Shown here: positions 17,246-26,827 of the stretch, piece by piece
How the letters are laid out: the number at the start of each line of letters is the position of its first letter
Position numbering within the stretch: the first letter of the stretch is position 1
IMG/VR virus record: IMGVR_UViG_3300027763_000001
Location: 30,462-94,461 of that record
Source: a virus
Reading direction: 5' to 3' (one strand)
DNA: 64,000 bases
Made by a program: the position numbers and the translations under genes
The notes under the pieces: generated by a model
Seen by the model: only the letters and a program-made list of their open reading frames with translations
Databases searched by the model: none
Told to the model about the DNA's origin: nothing

Positions 17246-17875
17246 TCACGACGGCAGCCCCGCCCGCTCGAGGTCACCGGCCGTCTGCCGCCCCTGCCAG
17301 GTGGCCGAGCGCATCAGCCGCTCCTGCACGTCAGCTGCCGCATGGCCGTCCCACTCGGGGGCCAACGGCAGCTCTATGACGTGCGAAATGGCTCTGATCG
17401 CTCCCAGGTCGCTCACCGGCAAGTGATAGGTGACACGCTCCCACTGCTGCTCACCCGTGCGGAGGTCCATGCCGGCCACAAAGAACCCCTCGAACATCCC
17501 GCCGTCGCCGTGCTTGAGCGAAAACCAGGGATTACAGTCCTCGGCCGTGGCAGCCATCAGCGCCAGGAACAGCGCGTGCCGGTGCTCGTAGAGCTCGCGG
17601 AAGGTGTGATACCCGTCGCTGGTGTCCTCGTCGGCCGGGCGCCTCCGGGACTCGTCGTAGCCCGCCATGATGGCGTTGGCGAACCAACCGAGCATGGCGT
17701 CGGTGGTATCGACCTGCAGGCCGTCACCGTGCAACTGGGCGAGCCTGGTGTCCGGGTTGATCGCCACGAACGCCTTGGCCCAAGCCATCGCATCCATCGA
17801 GCAGTGCCAGTGCTTCCCGTCGGAACCGCGAATGCCGTCTGCGGGGCCAGGAATCGGGTGCATCGGTAGATCCAT
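17246..17875 (-). CDS. WDGH-domain phage protein
   Basis: SDGYHTFRELYEHR...SLKHGDG...VTYHLP...PEWDGH motif set. Confidence 0.7.
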   Translation of the reverse strand: MDLPMHPIPGPADGIRGSDGKHWHCSMDAMAWAKAFVAINPDTRLAQLHGDGLQVDTTDAMLGWFANAIMAGYDESRRRPADEDTSDGYHTFRELYEHRHALFLALMAATAEDCNPWFSLKHGDGGMFEGFFVAGMDLRTGEQQWERVTYHLPVSDLGAIRAISHVIELPLAPEWDGHAAADVQERLMRSATWQGRQTAGDLERAGLPS

Positions 17876-17877
17876 GA

Positions 17878-19056
17878 TCAGTAGTCCCAAGTGACGCAAG
17901 GTGAAACGCCGGCCTTCGGGTGGAACCCGCCGCCATTGCGCTTGTCGATGTGCAGGAACCCTTTGCGGCGTCCGTCGCCGAGGGCACCGCTCCAGCGGGG
18001 CTTAAGCCACCGGAACATGCCATCGAGATCGCCGTCGGCCGGGCAGATGTCCAGTGCGTCGCCCACGACGTGCCGGCTGTCTGCCACCCCGCCGGCCGCC
18101 CGGTTGTAGGGCTCAGGCCGGTAGCCGCTGGTCAGGAGCACTGCTCCGTTCCAGTGGTCCCGGATCGCATCAGCGTCACGAATCACCGCCAGGATGTTCT
18201 TTTCCTCGGGCGAGCCAGCTGCCGGGCGCCGGCGCAGGTCTCCCCGCAGCACCTCGCGGACCGTGAAGTACCGGCCCACGGGCGCGTTCAGATCGGTCCA
18301 GTCCACGGTGGTGATCCGCCCGATCGCGGGAACTGGCGCGACCTCGGGGGCGAAGTGGGGCCCGAAGACGTACCACTGGCCGGGCTGCCCCTCGACGGTC
18401 ACCAAGTCGTGCGCGTCGCCCGCAATCTCTTCGATTGAGGTAAAGCGGATCAGCTGATTCGGCGCCACCTTGATTCGCCCAGAGGCAGAAAGGTAGCTGC
18501 TAGGAATTGGAGCCTTTTTCAGGAACGTGTCCTGCGTGGCCTTCAAGATCTGGGTCATGACGGTTTCAAGGTTCCAAAGGGCCGCTTCACGGTGACGACG
18601 GTTGGTGAGTTCAGGCGAAAGTCTACCAAGGTTGTCGCGATCGAACTTCAGCAGCAAGGGTTCAATCGCGCCCGGGTAGCCCCAGATTGAGCGCAGCTGC
18701 CTGCGCCTATGCGCTTGCTCGTGCTGGACCCCCCGCTCATCGCCGCAGCCCGGGCCCAACAGAAAGGCCAGCACCGCCGCTCGCTGCGACGGCCCCAGCA
18801 GGTCCCAGCCTGCCAGGGCCTTGCGGGCCAGCTCGTCGCAAGAAAGCAGTTCTTGCGATAGCAGAGCATCCGCCTGCGCCCGGGTCGCCCGGTCTCCCAG
18901 GATTACCCCGGTCCAGCCGTGCATCGTCAACCGATAGCCAACTTCTGCGACCCCGGACTCGTTCAGGCGTGCCTCTTCGATCAGGGGCGTCGTTTCGCGG
19001 ACCAGATCGGCGGCCTGGCTCAGCGCCCGGGTGCCACGCTCAGGCAGGGGCCCCAA
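17878..19056 (-). CDS. Endolysin: degenerate GH24 lysozyme-like N-domain plus peptidase M15A C-domain
   Basis: C-terminal TSGYRPEPYNRAAGGVADSRHVVGDALDI...FLHIDKR (M15A zinc ligands); N-terminal QADALL...QRAAVLAF...LTNRRHREAALW (GH24 pattern). Confidence 0.8.
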   Translation of the reverse strand: MGPLPERGTRALSQAADLVRETTPLIEEARLNESGVAEVGYRLTMHGWTGVILGDRATRAQADALLSQELLSCDELARKALAGWDLLGPSQRAAVLAFLLGPGCGDERGVQHEQAHRRRQLRSIWGYPGAIEPLLLKFDRDNLGRLSPELTNRRHREAALWNLETVMTQILKATQDTFLKKAPIPSSYLSASGRIKVAPNQLIRFTSIEEIAGDAHDLVTVEGQPGQWYVFGPHFAPEVAPVPAIGRITTVDWTDLNAPVGRYFTVREVLRGDLRRRPAAGSPEEKNILAVIRDADAIRDHWNGAVLLTSGYRPEPYNRAAGGVADSRHVVGDALDICPADGDLDGMFRWLKPRWSGALGDGRRKGFLHIDKRNGGGFHPKAGVSPCVTWDY

Positions 19057-19264
19057 CGGCCTGGGCTAAAACAGCGGTGACTGCCGCCTGGTCGCTCATA
19101 TCGACTCCGGCCGCCTGGGCAATCGCCGCCACCCCGGCATGGCCGGGAAGCTCTCCGCCCTGGGACAAGACGTGCTGCTTGAGCCCGTTCTTGTAGGCCA
19201 AGGCCATGGCCGAACCCGGTTGCTGTAGATGGGGGGCCGAGGCCACGAAGTTGGAAGCGTTCAT
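19040..19264 (-). CDS. Hypothetical protein
   Basis: 74 aa, translationally coupled to the upstream gene. Confidence 0.55.
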   Translation of the reverse strand: MNASNFVASAPHLQQPGSAMALAYKNGLKQHVLSQGGELPGHAGVAAIAQAAGVDMSDQAAVTAVLAQAVGAPA

Positions 19265-20430
19265 CAGTTCTCACCCATCAGCTGGCGGGACATCAGGGCT
19301 TGAGGTAGCGCGGCCATGTTCTGACTGTAGAGCGCAGCAGCGGCCCTGGGGTCACTGTCCATCAAAGCGAAAACGGTCGCCAGGATGTCATTACCGTTCG
19401 CGCTGCCACCCTGCCCCGGGGGCCGCATCTCCAGTTGCGGGCGCTGATACAAAGGCTGGCCTTGGGGCTCGGGGGGCTGAGCCTGGAACCGGGGCTGGCC
19501 CTGAGCCTGGAACTGGGGGTAGCCCTGGGGCGTGCCCCCAGCGGGGTACTGGTTGTAGCCTTCCATCAGCTCGGGGGCTCGCGCACCGCTCCTGGGGGGC
19601 AGCATGCGTCCGCTGGACTCGCCGTAGGCCACTTCGGCGGCCAGACGGTCACGAGGGCCTTCCTGGGCCGGAGCTGCAGGCAGCTCGCCGGGGCCGCCGG
19701 GGCCGAAAAACTCAGTAGTGTACTGGGCCAGTAGGGGAGGGCTTGAGAGGATAGTGTGATAGGCCGCGTTGTCCTCGGCGGCTGCGGTGATCAAGGTGTG
19801 AGCGTTCTGCAGGTTTTGGTGAAGCTGCTGGGCCTGGGCAGTCACATCGAGAGTCTGCTGGGCCTGACGCAACAGAGCGTCCTCAATCACGCAGGAATAG
19901 TGATTGAGCAGCGCCGGGGCCTCGGGCCCAAAATGCTGCAGAACCTCAAGACTTGCGCCGCTGAGGCCGCCCAGGTACTGGTCGCCCGTTGGCGCGGCGG
20001 TAGCCAACGGCGAAGGGGTCGCCGCCCACTGCTGGAGCTGGGCCTGGGCCGGGTGCGGCTGGGAGTAAGGCGCGGGGCTGTAAACCGGTTGCTGGAACAC
20101 CTGGGGCGGGGCCATTACCCCAGCCGGAGCTGGAGCCGGGGCGGGCACTGGCTGGGTCTGCGGCCAGAACTGAACCGGGGCTTGGGAGCTGGGCGTCGCG
20201 CTCGAAGAGTTGTAAAGCCCTTGAAGGGCCGCGTCCCATTGGCTCACCGCCTGGGGCGCCGGTTGGGAATAGGGCACTACCAGGGCCTGTGGCGCCGGAG
20301 CCGTCTGGTACGAAGGTGGGTGGCTCGCCGCCGGTGCTTGCTGGTAGGCCTCTGGCGAGGCGGGAGCGCTGGAAGGCATCGAGCCCTGCGGGATCGCCGG
20401 AGCCTGAGGAGTCGCGGTAGGTCCCTGCAT
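19264..20430 (-). CDS. Putative capsid scaffolding protein
   Basis: 388 aa; P/Q/A-rich disordered ends flank a central coiled-coil; follows the portal. Confidence 0.55.
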   Translation of the reverse strand: MQGPTATPQAPAIPQGSMPSSAPASPEAYQQAPAASHPPSYQTAPAPQALVVPYSQPAPQAVSQWDAALQGLYNSSSATPSSQAPVQFWPQTQPVPAPAPAPAGVMAPPQVFQQPVYSPAPYSQPHPAQAQLQQWAATPSPLATAAPTGDQYLGGLSGASLEVLQHFGPEAPALLNHYSCVIEDALLRQAQQTLDVTAQAQQLHQNLQNAHTLITAAAEDNAAYHTILSSPPLLAQYTTEFFGPGGPGELPAAPAQEGPRDRLAAEVAYGESSGRMLPPRSGARAPELMEGYNQYPAGGTPQGYPQFQAQGQPRFQAQPPEPQGQPLYQRPQLEMRPPGQGGSANGNDILATVFALMDSDPRAAAALYSQNMAALPQALMSRQLMGEN

Positions 20431-22177
20431 AGGTCAGCTCTCGCTTGAGGAAATCGAAGGCCCGGTAGATGTAGGGCGTCAGGTCCAGTCTAGGGTCTGC
20501 CAGGAGCGGCAGATTGGGAACCTGAGGATGCGGCGTTTGCTGCATCTGGGACACCAGCGACAGAAAAGTCGCAATACTGGCCTGGGTCTGCTGCGCCATC
20601 CTAAACGGGAAGCCGCTCAACATTGCACTTCGTTCTTCATCTGTTTTGTCGGGGAACAGATGACGCAAGGCCTCAACCGAGGCAACTCCCAGTTCTTGCA
20701 GGTTGCGCACCACAATCGACTTCTGCAGGATGTCATCCGCCGAGTCCTCGAACACGGGTCCGCGCCAGCGCCAATCCACCTGGCGGTCCCCGTCGGGAAT
20801 CAGTCCCGTTACCCCAGGCGGCATGGCCTGCTCTTGCACCGCCTTGCGAATTGCCTCTTCGAGCTTGGCGTCGTACTTGGCCATCGCCGCATCGAACGCC
20901 TCGGCCTCCTTGCGGAACTTCTTGGGATCGGTAGCCTCTTCCTGCAGGGGCGCCTCAGGGCGCTTCATTTTGATCGCCGCGGCGAACGATTCGCGAAACA
21001 CCCGCTCCTCGTTGTAGATGATCAGCGCCAGCAACTTGCACAGCCCGTAGGTGAGCAGTCCGCGGCACTTCCGCCCGGCCGTGGCGGCAGGCCGGCCAAA
21101 CAGGCTCTTGATCTCGTAGGCAGTTGCCCCGCTACTTATCCCCAGCTCGTCGACGCCACCCAGGACCCCCCGCAGTTCTTCGCGGTACTGACGAGCGTAG
21201 AGATTTTGATCGCCACTGACCGAGTCTGGCGTGATATACGCCACCCGGTCAGTGGGGTCCACGTTAGAAATAATTCGAGCAATCTTGAAGCCACGCTCAC
21301 GCCCGCCCCCCGAGCCCGCTGGCGGCGACATCCGCGTTGAAGGCGCCCCTTCGCCAGAGAAGCCAGCCTGAGACGCAATTGTCGGCCGCTGCGCCGGCGA
21401 TCCAGTCGAAGCCTCGGTCGTGATGTCCGTCTTGGGTCTTGAAGACACCAGGGTCGGGTTGCCAAAAAACCTGATGTTTTCCCTGATGTTGCCTACCAGC
21501 TCGTCGTGGCCGGTTATCTGTGACTCCAGCCAATCGAAGTCACCGGTGGCGTCCATCCCGGTGGACCTCATTTTATTAAAAGCTTCTACCGCCGGGATGA
21601 AGCCCAGGGAATTGCGCACCGTCCTGGTTCTGCCGAACATCTCGCCTGTGAACGGCCCGGCCGCGTCAAGGTTCGGCCGCGACATCAGGATCGTTTCACG
21701 AATCGAGTCCCGGCGCACCACAAGCTTCACCCACTGCTGCATCTGGCCGTTGGGCCCGGGATTGGCCGACATCCCCGCCCCTGGCTTTACCTCGTAGCTG
21801 TAGACCAGGATCAGCTCGTCGATCTCAGCCATCGCGTCGTAATACGCTCGGTAGTCGCTCTTAGGGAACCACAGGATCCGGTAACTATCCTTGACCGGGC
21901 GGAAGAACCAGATCCCCTTGCCGTCCAGCAAGAAGTCATCAACCACGCCCTCCAGACGCTGGTCGACCTCGTTCTCGGTGATCAGATTCTGCAGAAACGT
22001 CTTGCGATGCCCGAAGGTGTCCTGCTTGGGGTAAAACTCGATACCTTGCCGCAGCATGAACAATTGCTGCTGGACCAAGTGGCCGCCCACCACCAAAGTG
22101 TCCGATTCACCAGATGCCGTGCGGGACCTGAGAGCCTCTAGCAACTCACGAAAACGTTGGGATTTGGCTGCCGGCAT
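19946..22177 (-). CDS. Portal protein (putative)
   Basis: Starts 1 nt after the TerL stop; ~580-aa helical core plus a low-complexity tail; call rests on position and size. Confidence 0.65.
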   Translation of the reverse strand: MPAAKSQRFRELLEALRSRTASGESDTLVVGGHLVQQQLFMLRQGIEFYPKQDTFGHRKTFLQNLITENEVDQRLEGVVDDFLLDGKGIWFFRPVKDSYRILWFPKSDYRAYYDAMAEIDELILVYSYEVKPGAGMSANPGPNGQMQQWVKLVVRRDSIRETILMSRPNLDAAGPFTGEMFGRTRTVRNSLGFIPAVEAFNKMRSTGMDATGDFDWLESQITGHDELVGNIRENIRFFGNPTLVSSRPKTDITTEASTGSPAQRPTIASQAGFSGEGAPSTRMSPPAGSGGGRERGFKIARIISNVDPTDRVAYITPDSVSGDQNLYARQYREELRGVLGGVDELGISSGATAYEIKSLFGRPAATAGRKCRGLLTYGLCKLLALIIYNEERVFRESFAAAIKMKRPEAPLQEEATDPKKFRKEAEAFDAAMAKYDAKLEEAIRKAVQEQAMPPGVTGLIPDGDRQVDWRWRGPVFEDSADDILQKSIVVRNLQELGVASVEALRHLFPDKTDEERSAMLSGFPFRMAQQTQASIATFLSLVSQMQQTPHPQVPNLPLLADPRLDLTPYIYRAFDFLKRELTYAGTYRDSSGSGDPAGLDAFQRSRLARGLPASTGGEPPTFVPDGSGATGPGSALFPTGAPGGEPMGRGPSRALQLFERDAQLPSPGSVLAADPASARPGSSSGWGNGPAPGVPATGLQPRALLPAAPGPGPAPAVGGDPFAVGYRRANGRPVPGRPQRRKS

Positions 22178-22178
22178 T

Positions 22179-23777
22179 TCAGTATTCGACCTCGACCGCG
22201 GAGCGGCTCATCAGTGACTGAACCACAATGTTAAGACTGTCCACGCAGTCGTCATTCGTGCAGTGGCCGAAATTGACAACCTCATCGATCATCACCTTGA
22301 AGTCCCGGTACCGGTTGAGCCGGACCTTGCCGGTCTGGAGCAGCCCCATTATTCCCCGCAGGCGCGCCATTTTGTCCCCCTTCAGCCCCTTGATCGGGCT
22401 GGGCCGCAGGTTGAACAGCTGCCGCTCCTCGTGGCAGATTCGCTGGAAATCCCCGCTGAACGACTTCTGGTAAGCCACTGCTTCCGGCCAGATCGTCACC
22501 TCGCTGGACGTCGCAAAGAACTGAGGCTTCCCGTCGCTCAGCGGCTCCCCCTCCCGCAGCAGGTTCCACTCGACCAAAAGCTCGCAAAGCGCGTCAATTT
22601 TTTCGACGTTGCCGATCGTGCGCAGCCGCCGGTAGTCGATTATGTAACAGGCATCCCCCAGGCGGCCAGCCAGGGTGAACACGGTCCAGTCGTGCCGTTC
22701 GGTAAGCCCGGCTGACAGGTCGATCCCGACTCCGATCTCGTCGTAGACCTCAGGGAGCTCGACCATGCGGAACAGGCTCGGGCTGATTCCCAGCTCGGTG
22801 GTGCTCACCGGCTTGTTGAGGTACTGATATGCAAAGGCGACGTAGTCCTTGGTCTGCTGGGCCAGCAGGTACTTGAGACTCCACATTGCCGGCCAGTAGC
22901 TGCGCGGCGTGCCGTCGTTGCTGTATTCGATCGCGGCCTGGGTGATCACCTTCCAGCCGTTCTTGGGCACGAAGGTGGTGGCAAACATGTCATCGAAGTG
23001 GAACCGAGTGCCCAGCACCAGCGAGCGGCCCCCTTCGAACCGGGTGGGCCCGATCACCGCGTTCCAGTTGTGCTCCATCTCCCGGCGCACGTCCGGATTG
23101 GCGATGTCCGACTGGCTCTTAATCAGGTCGTCCACCACGATCAGGTTGGCCCGTTTCGAGGTGATTGCTCCTCGCAGGCCGGCGCAGGCCAGGGTGAAGG
23201 CGTCCTCGCCTCGCGTGTCGATCCCCGCAAAAGCGAAATCGATCGCCCACAGCTCGTCCCCCTTCTTCTGCCGGCTCATCCGCACGTTCGGGAAGATCAG
23301 CCGGTAGTCGTCCGAGTTGATAATCGACTTGACCGCCGCGCTCTTGGCCCGCGCCACCTGCACGTTGTACGACACGTACAGGACGCGCAGCAGCTTGTGC
23401 TCCAGGGCGTGCTTGCCAATCAGCCAAGCCAGTAACATGGCCACGAAGGTGCTTTTGGCGCTTCCCCTGGGGCTCAGCAGGGCCGTGTCAGGCCCAGCGA
23501 TATGGCTCAGATGCTCGTTGCTCTGGCCTGTGAGGAAGACCTCGTACCACTCACGCATGTGCCGCGGCGGCGGCTTGCCCATGCGGGTGCAGAATGCCTC
23601 GAAACTCTCGCGGGCTACCAGGATCTCCGCTGGCGTCTCGTCGGCAACCTCCTTTACCTCGGGCGCGCCCTGAGCGAAGGGCACGACAGGGTTGGCCGCC
23701 GCGGCAGAAGCCATGGCCGATACTGCAGCTTCACGGGCAGCCCGGCGGTAAGCGAGAACGCGAGACGTGGCCGGCAT
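22179..23777 (-). CDS. terL: Terminase large subunit
   Basis: Walker A PRGSAKST, Walker B IVVDD, coupling motif LGTRF, RNase H-like nuclease GVGIDLS and NDDCVDS. Confidence 0.92.
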   Translation of the reverse strand: MPATSRVLAYRRAAREAAVSAMASAAAANPVVPFAQGAPEVKEVADETPAEILVARESFEAFCTRMGKPPPRHMREWYEVFLTGQSNEHLSHIAGPDTALLSPRGSAKSTFVAMLLAWLIGKHALEHKLLRVLYVSYNVQVARAKSAAVKSIINSDDYRLIFPNVRMSRQKKGDELWAIDFAFAGIDTRGEDAFTLACAGLRGAITSKRANLIVVDDLIKSQSDIANPDVRREMEHNWNAVIGPTRFEGGRSLVLGTRFHFDDMFATTFVPKNGWKVITQAAIEYSNDGTPRSYWPAMWSLKYLLAQQTKDYVAFAYQYLNKPVSTTELGISPSLFRMVELPEVYDEIGVGIDLSAGLTERHDWTVFTLAGRLGDACYIIDYRRLRTIGNVEKIDALCELLVEWNLLREGEPLSDGKPQFFATSSEVTIWPEAVAYQKSFSGDFQRICHEERQLFNLRPSPIKGLKGDKMARLRGIMGLLQTGKVRLNRYRDFKVMIDEVVNFGHCTNDDCVDSLNIVVQSLMSRSAVEVEY

Positions 23778-23832
23778 CTTGCCAGGCTAGAGCAAGACGC
23801 ATGAGACGCAAATTGAGACAGCTTGGCCGGCC

Positions 23833-24345
23833 TCAGCGCTCGTCCATCAAGACCGCCCACACCGCCTTGAACGCTTGAGCCAGCGCTGATTCCATGTCGG
23901 CACTCCCCGCAAAGATTGCCCGCAGCTCCCGCATCACCCGATCCGCCCCGGCCATCATCAAGCCCCGCCTATCGAGGGTTCGCGCCATCTTGTCCACTTC
24001 GGTGAGATGCCCCCGTAGCTCCCGCGAGAGGAACGCAATCCGCGAGTACCCCTCTTTAGCGTCCAGGGTCTCGCTGGCTATCAGGACTCGGGCGTCCGCA
24101 ATGTCGGTCTTCAGCTTGTCCGCTTCAGCCAGCAGCACCTTGCGCCGGTCTGTCCGCGGGTAAAGCTCATTGGCCCAGGCGATCAAGTCACCCATCGAGC
24201 CGGTGTACCCCATCACTGTCGCCAGGGTCCAAATCTCGATCGGCGAAGTGGCGGTCTCCACCGTGTCGATAAACAGCTCTCGATCGGCGTCAGCCAGCAT
24301 GCGCAGGAATTGCGCCACCTGGCTGACAACCTGTGCAGGCATCAT
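23833..24345 (-). CDS. Putative terminase small subunit
   Basis: 170 aa, helical, immediately upstream of TerL; positional inference only. Confidence 0.45.
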   Translation of the reverse strand: MMPAQVVSQVAQFLRMLADADRELFIDTVETATSPIEIWTLATVMGYTGSMGDLIAWANELYPRTDRRKVLLAEADKLKTDIADARVLIASETLDAKEGYSRIAFLSRELRGHLTEVDKMARTLDRRGLMMAGADRVMRELRAIFAGSADMESALAQAFKAVWAVLMDER

Positions 24346-24974
24346 CCGTAGTACCTCTGGCCTTGCTGACGGACCCGGTCCCTGTCGCTATCCCGCAGCC
24401 GGTTCGTGTTGTCCGTAGCGTTGTTCTGCGACAGCCGGCTCTCCTCGCCCTGCACCCGGTAACCCAGCCGGTCCTGCTCGCCCCGGGCAGTCACTCCCAG
24501 CCGGTCCTGCTCGCCCCGGGCAGTCACTCCCAGCCGGTCCTGCTCGCCCCGGGCAGTCACTCCCAGCCGGTCCTGCTCGCCACCGGTGACAAGGCCTCGC
24601 CGCTGCTGGTCCCCTTGGGTCATGATCTGGTCCTTGGTCAGTTCGCCTTCAACGCTCATCAATTCTTTCTTCGAGCCGGTCTCGGCCGCCAGAAGCTCGA
24701 GGGTATTCCCCTTGCGCAGGTTTTCGACACTCTGTTGGTACCGCGTCAGCGACCCCAAGAAGGCGTTGTCGTACTCCATCTGGTTCGCAGTATTGAGACC
24801 CGTCCCATAGCTGTCTGCAAGCTTCCCAACCGCGATCCCCGAGAGCGCTTCATTGCCGGCGTACTTGTTCGCCAGGTTCACCAGCCCCGACTGAGACCTG
24901 TCATAGATCGATGCCGCAACGCTACCCCCGTAGGGCTGCCCGCCAGAACCAGTACCCGATGCAAAAGATGCCAT
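24342..24974 (-). CDS. Putative internal virion / DNA ejection protein with 11-residue repeats
   Basis: Seven consecutive 11-mers (xxGEQDRLGVT-like). Confidence 0.6.
   Translation of the reverse strand: MASFASGTGSGGQPYGGSVAASIYDRSQSGLVNLANKYAGNEALSGIAVGKLADSYGTGLNTANQMEYDNAFLGSLTRYQQSVENLRKGNTLELLAAETGSKKELMSVEGELTKDQIMTQGDQQRRGLVTGGEQDRLGVTARGEQDRLGVTARGEQDRLGVTARGEQDRLGYRVQGEESRLSQNNATDNTNRLRDSDRDRVRQQGQRYYG
24463..24581. repeat. Perfect 33-bp tandem repeat, ~3.6 copies
   Basis: Unit CCCAGCCGGTCCTGCTCGCCCCGGGCAGTCACT at 24463, 24496 and 24529, partial at 24562. Confidence 0.95.
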
Positions 24975-24977
24975 GGC

Positions 24978-25523
24978 TCAGACGAGAAGAGAGACAATCG
25001 GTGCAATAGCACCAGTCAGCTCAGAGAGAGTCTCGGTGAAACCCTTGGGCTTCATCAATACGTCCCGCATCAGCTGCAGCCGGGCGGCATCATTGGTCTG
25101 CTCGCCAGTGACGGCCGTGGACACCCTGTCGTTGGTGTCTCTACCCAAGCCGACAAAGCGGTCGGCGACGTCCACCCCTTGCCGGTAGGTCTGATCTCCC
25201 AGCCTGAGCTGATTGTCGGTGTAATTTTTGAGGTTTGCGCTGTTTTCTTCCACCCGGATCTGGCTGCCAGTCCTGGCTTCCTCTCGCAGCAGGGGCGCCA
25301 TGCGCATTCTGCCGTAGACGCCGTTATCAATCCCTCGCCTCTGCGACCAATCGGTTCGGTAGGCGTCCTGCCACGCCTGTTCCCCCAGCCCCTCCCCCAT
25401 CTGCGTTGGCGAGGACAAGCCCGGTGCGACCACGGCCTCCTGCGGCTTGCTGACAGGCGCCTTCGGCACCTCCGGCGACTTGTATGTGTAGCGGCTTGGC
25501 TTGAACAGGTCGAGTGGATTCAT
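24978..25523 (-). CDS. Putative internal virion protein
   Basis: 181 aa, operonic, hydrophobic C-terminus. Confidence 0.55.
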   Translation of the reverse strand: MNPLDLFKPSRYTYKSPEVPKAPVSKPQEAVVAPGLSSPTQMGEGLGEQAWQDAYRTDWSQRRGIDNGVYGRMRMAPLLREEARTGSQIRVEENSANLKNYTDNQLRLGDQTYRQGVDVADRFVGLGRDTNDRVSTAVTGEQTNDAARLQLMRDVLMKPKGFTETLSELTGAIAPIVSLLV

Positions 25524-25526
25524 GGC

Positions 25527-26039
25527 TCAATTCCTCGTGGTTGGTGCTGGGAGGCTCGATCGGGCTCTATCAGCGCTCGTCGCTGCGCCAAGGTAAGTCT
25601 GCAGCAGCGGCGCGTTTACTGCCTGCGCCCCCTCGAAGGTGGCCAGCCCTGTCCCGTAACGATTGCCCGCCCGGGTGAGCCCATCACCCTGGGGGGCGAA
25701 CAGCTGTCCCATCGCCCATTCCTTCGCTCCCGAGCCCCGCAGGCCGGAGGCGGACTGCAGGAGCCGATCCGCCAGCGTCGCCTTGCGGGTTTGCTTGCGC
25801 TGCTTCTCCAGCGCCGCAATCTCGGCCTTCTGCTCCAGAGTCCGCTGGCGATTGACCAGGTTCGTGTTGGCTAGCTGCGCCTGGTTGTTGAGCCCAGTCT
25901 GGGCCAATGGCGCCATCAAGGCAGCCGTTTGCGTCGGCATCTGCCCCAGCAGCATGTCCGAACCGTTATCGAACACCGTCCCTTGGAGCGGGGCGACCGG
26001 GCGAAACGTCTGAGTGTAGGCACCAGCAAGAGCGCTCAT
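25527..26039 (-). CDS. Putative internal virion protein
   Basis: 170 aa, A/Q-rich coiled-coil, operonic. Confidence 0.55.
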   Translation of the reverse strand: MSALAGAYTQTFRPVAPLQGTVFDNGSDMLLGQMPTQTAALMAPLAQTGLNNQAQLANTNLVNRQRTLEQKAEIAALEKQRKQTRKATLADRLLQSASGLRGSGAKEWAMGQLFAPQGDGLTRAGNRYGTGLATFEGAQAVNAPLLQTYLGAATSADRARSSLPAPTTRN

Positions 26040-26045
26040 GGCTGA

Positions 26046-26780
26046 TCAGTACGGATTAGGCATTGAAAGGATCCCTTGGGCCCCTGCTGACATCGCCCCC
26101 AGCGCTTGGCTGGATCCATTCTGGGCCATTGCCAGCACCGCCTGGGCATAGGCAGCTTGCTGACGTGCCTCAAGGTCTGCTTTCATGCGCAAGATATCAT
26201 TCTGACGAGACAGCGCCATCTCCCGCTCAGCGATCGGCAGGTTTGCCTGCCGGCGGCGAGAATCCATCGTGATCCCAGCCTCGTTGGCGCTGATGGCATT
26301 TTGGATAGCTTTTTGCTCAGGAGTGTCAGACCGGGTAAGCCCCACCAGGTCCGTCGCCCCCCGCAGCCCCGCCTTGCCCGCCTGACTGCCCGCCAATCCC
26401 AGCCCGGCAGCCGCGAGCCATCCCATGGGCCCGCTCATCCCGAACGCCAGTGGCGCCAACGCGGCCAAGCTGCCCACGCCCGCACCGGTGGCGTCTACCA
26501 GATTCTGCTGAGGGGTTTCACTCTTGTCCCCCATCTCGCCGGCAGCGGCCAGCAGCCCTCCAATACCGGCCCCGCCGGTAATCAGCCGCTTGCGGCCCAT
26601 ACCGCCGGCAAGGCCACTCAGTGAGGACATCAGATCGCCGGCCCAGCGAGGGCCGGCGCCGCCACTGACGCCATTGCCGGAAGAAGAGGACCTGATCGCC
26701 TCGGCATCAATCGCCTCAGGGGCAACCCTCGCGTAGCGCGGTCTGACCGCCAGCGGACCGCCTGGGACGTACGGTGGCAT
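26046..26780 (-). CDS. Putative internal virion protein with glycine-zipper hydrophobic segments
   Basis: GAGVGSLAALAPLAFGMSGPMGWLAAAGLGLAG followed by a coiled-coil. Confidence 0.6.
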   Translation of the reverse strand: MPPYVPGGPLAVRPRYARVAPEAIDAEAIRSSSSGNGVSGGAGPRWAGDLMSSLSGLAGGMGRKRLITGGAGIGGLLAAAGEMGDKSETPQQNLVDATGAGVGSLAALAPLAFGMSGPMGWLAAAGLGLAGSQAGKAGLRGATDLVGLTRSDTPEQKAIQNAISANEAGITMDSRRRQANLPIAEREMALSRQNDILRMKADLEARQQAAYAQAVLAMAQNGSSQALGAMSAGAQGILSMPNPY

Positions 26781-26827
26781 CTCCGAGACGGCGACGAAAC
26801 TCCCCAGATTCTAAGCGCTCTGAGGCC

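Noticed and set aside
24463-24581. 33-bp repeats as a CRISPR array
   Set aside because: Units are head-to-tail with no spacers, are a multiple of 3, and lie in-frame in a CDS.
24333-25874. 513-aa plus-strand ORF
   Set aside because: Antisense shadow of three well-tiled minus-strand genes.
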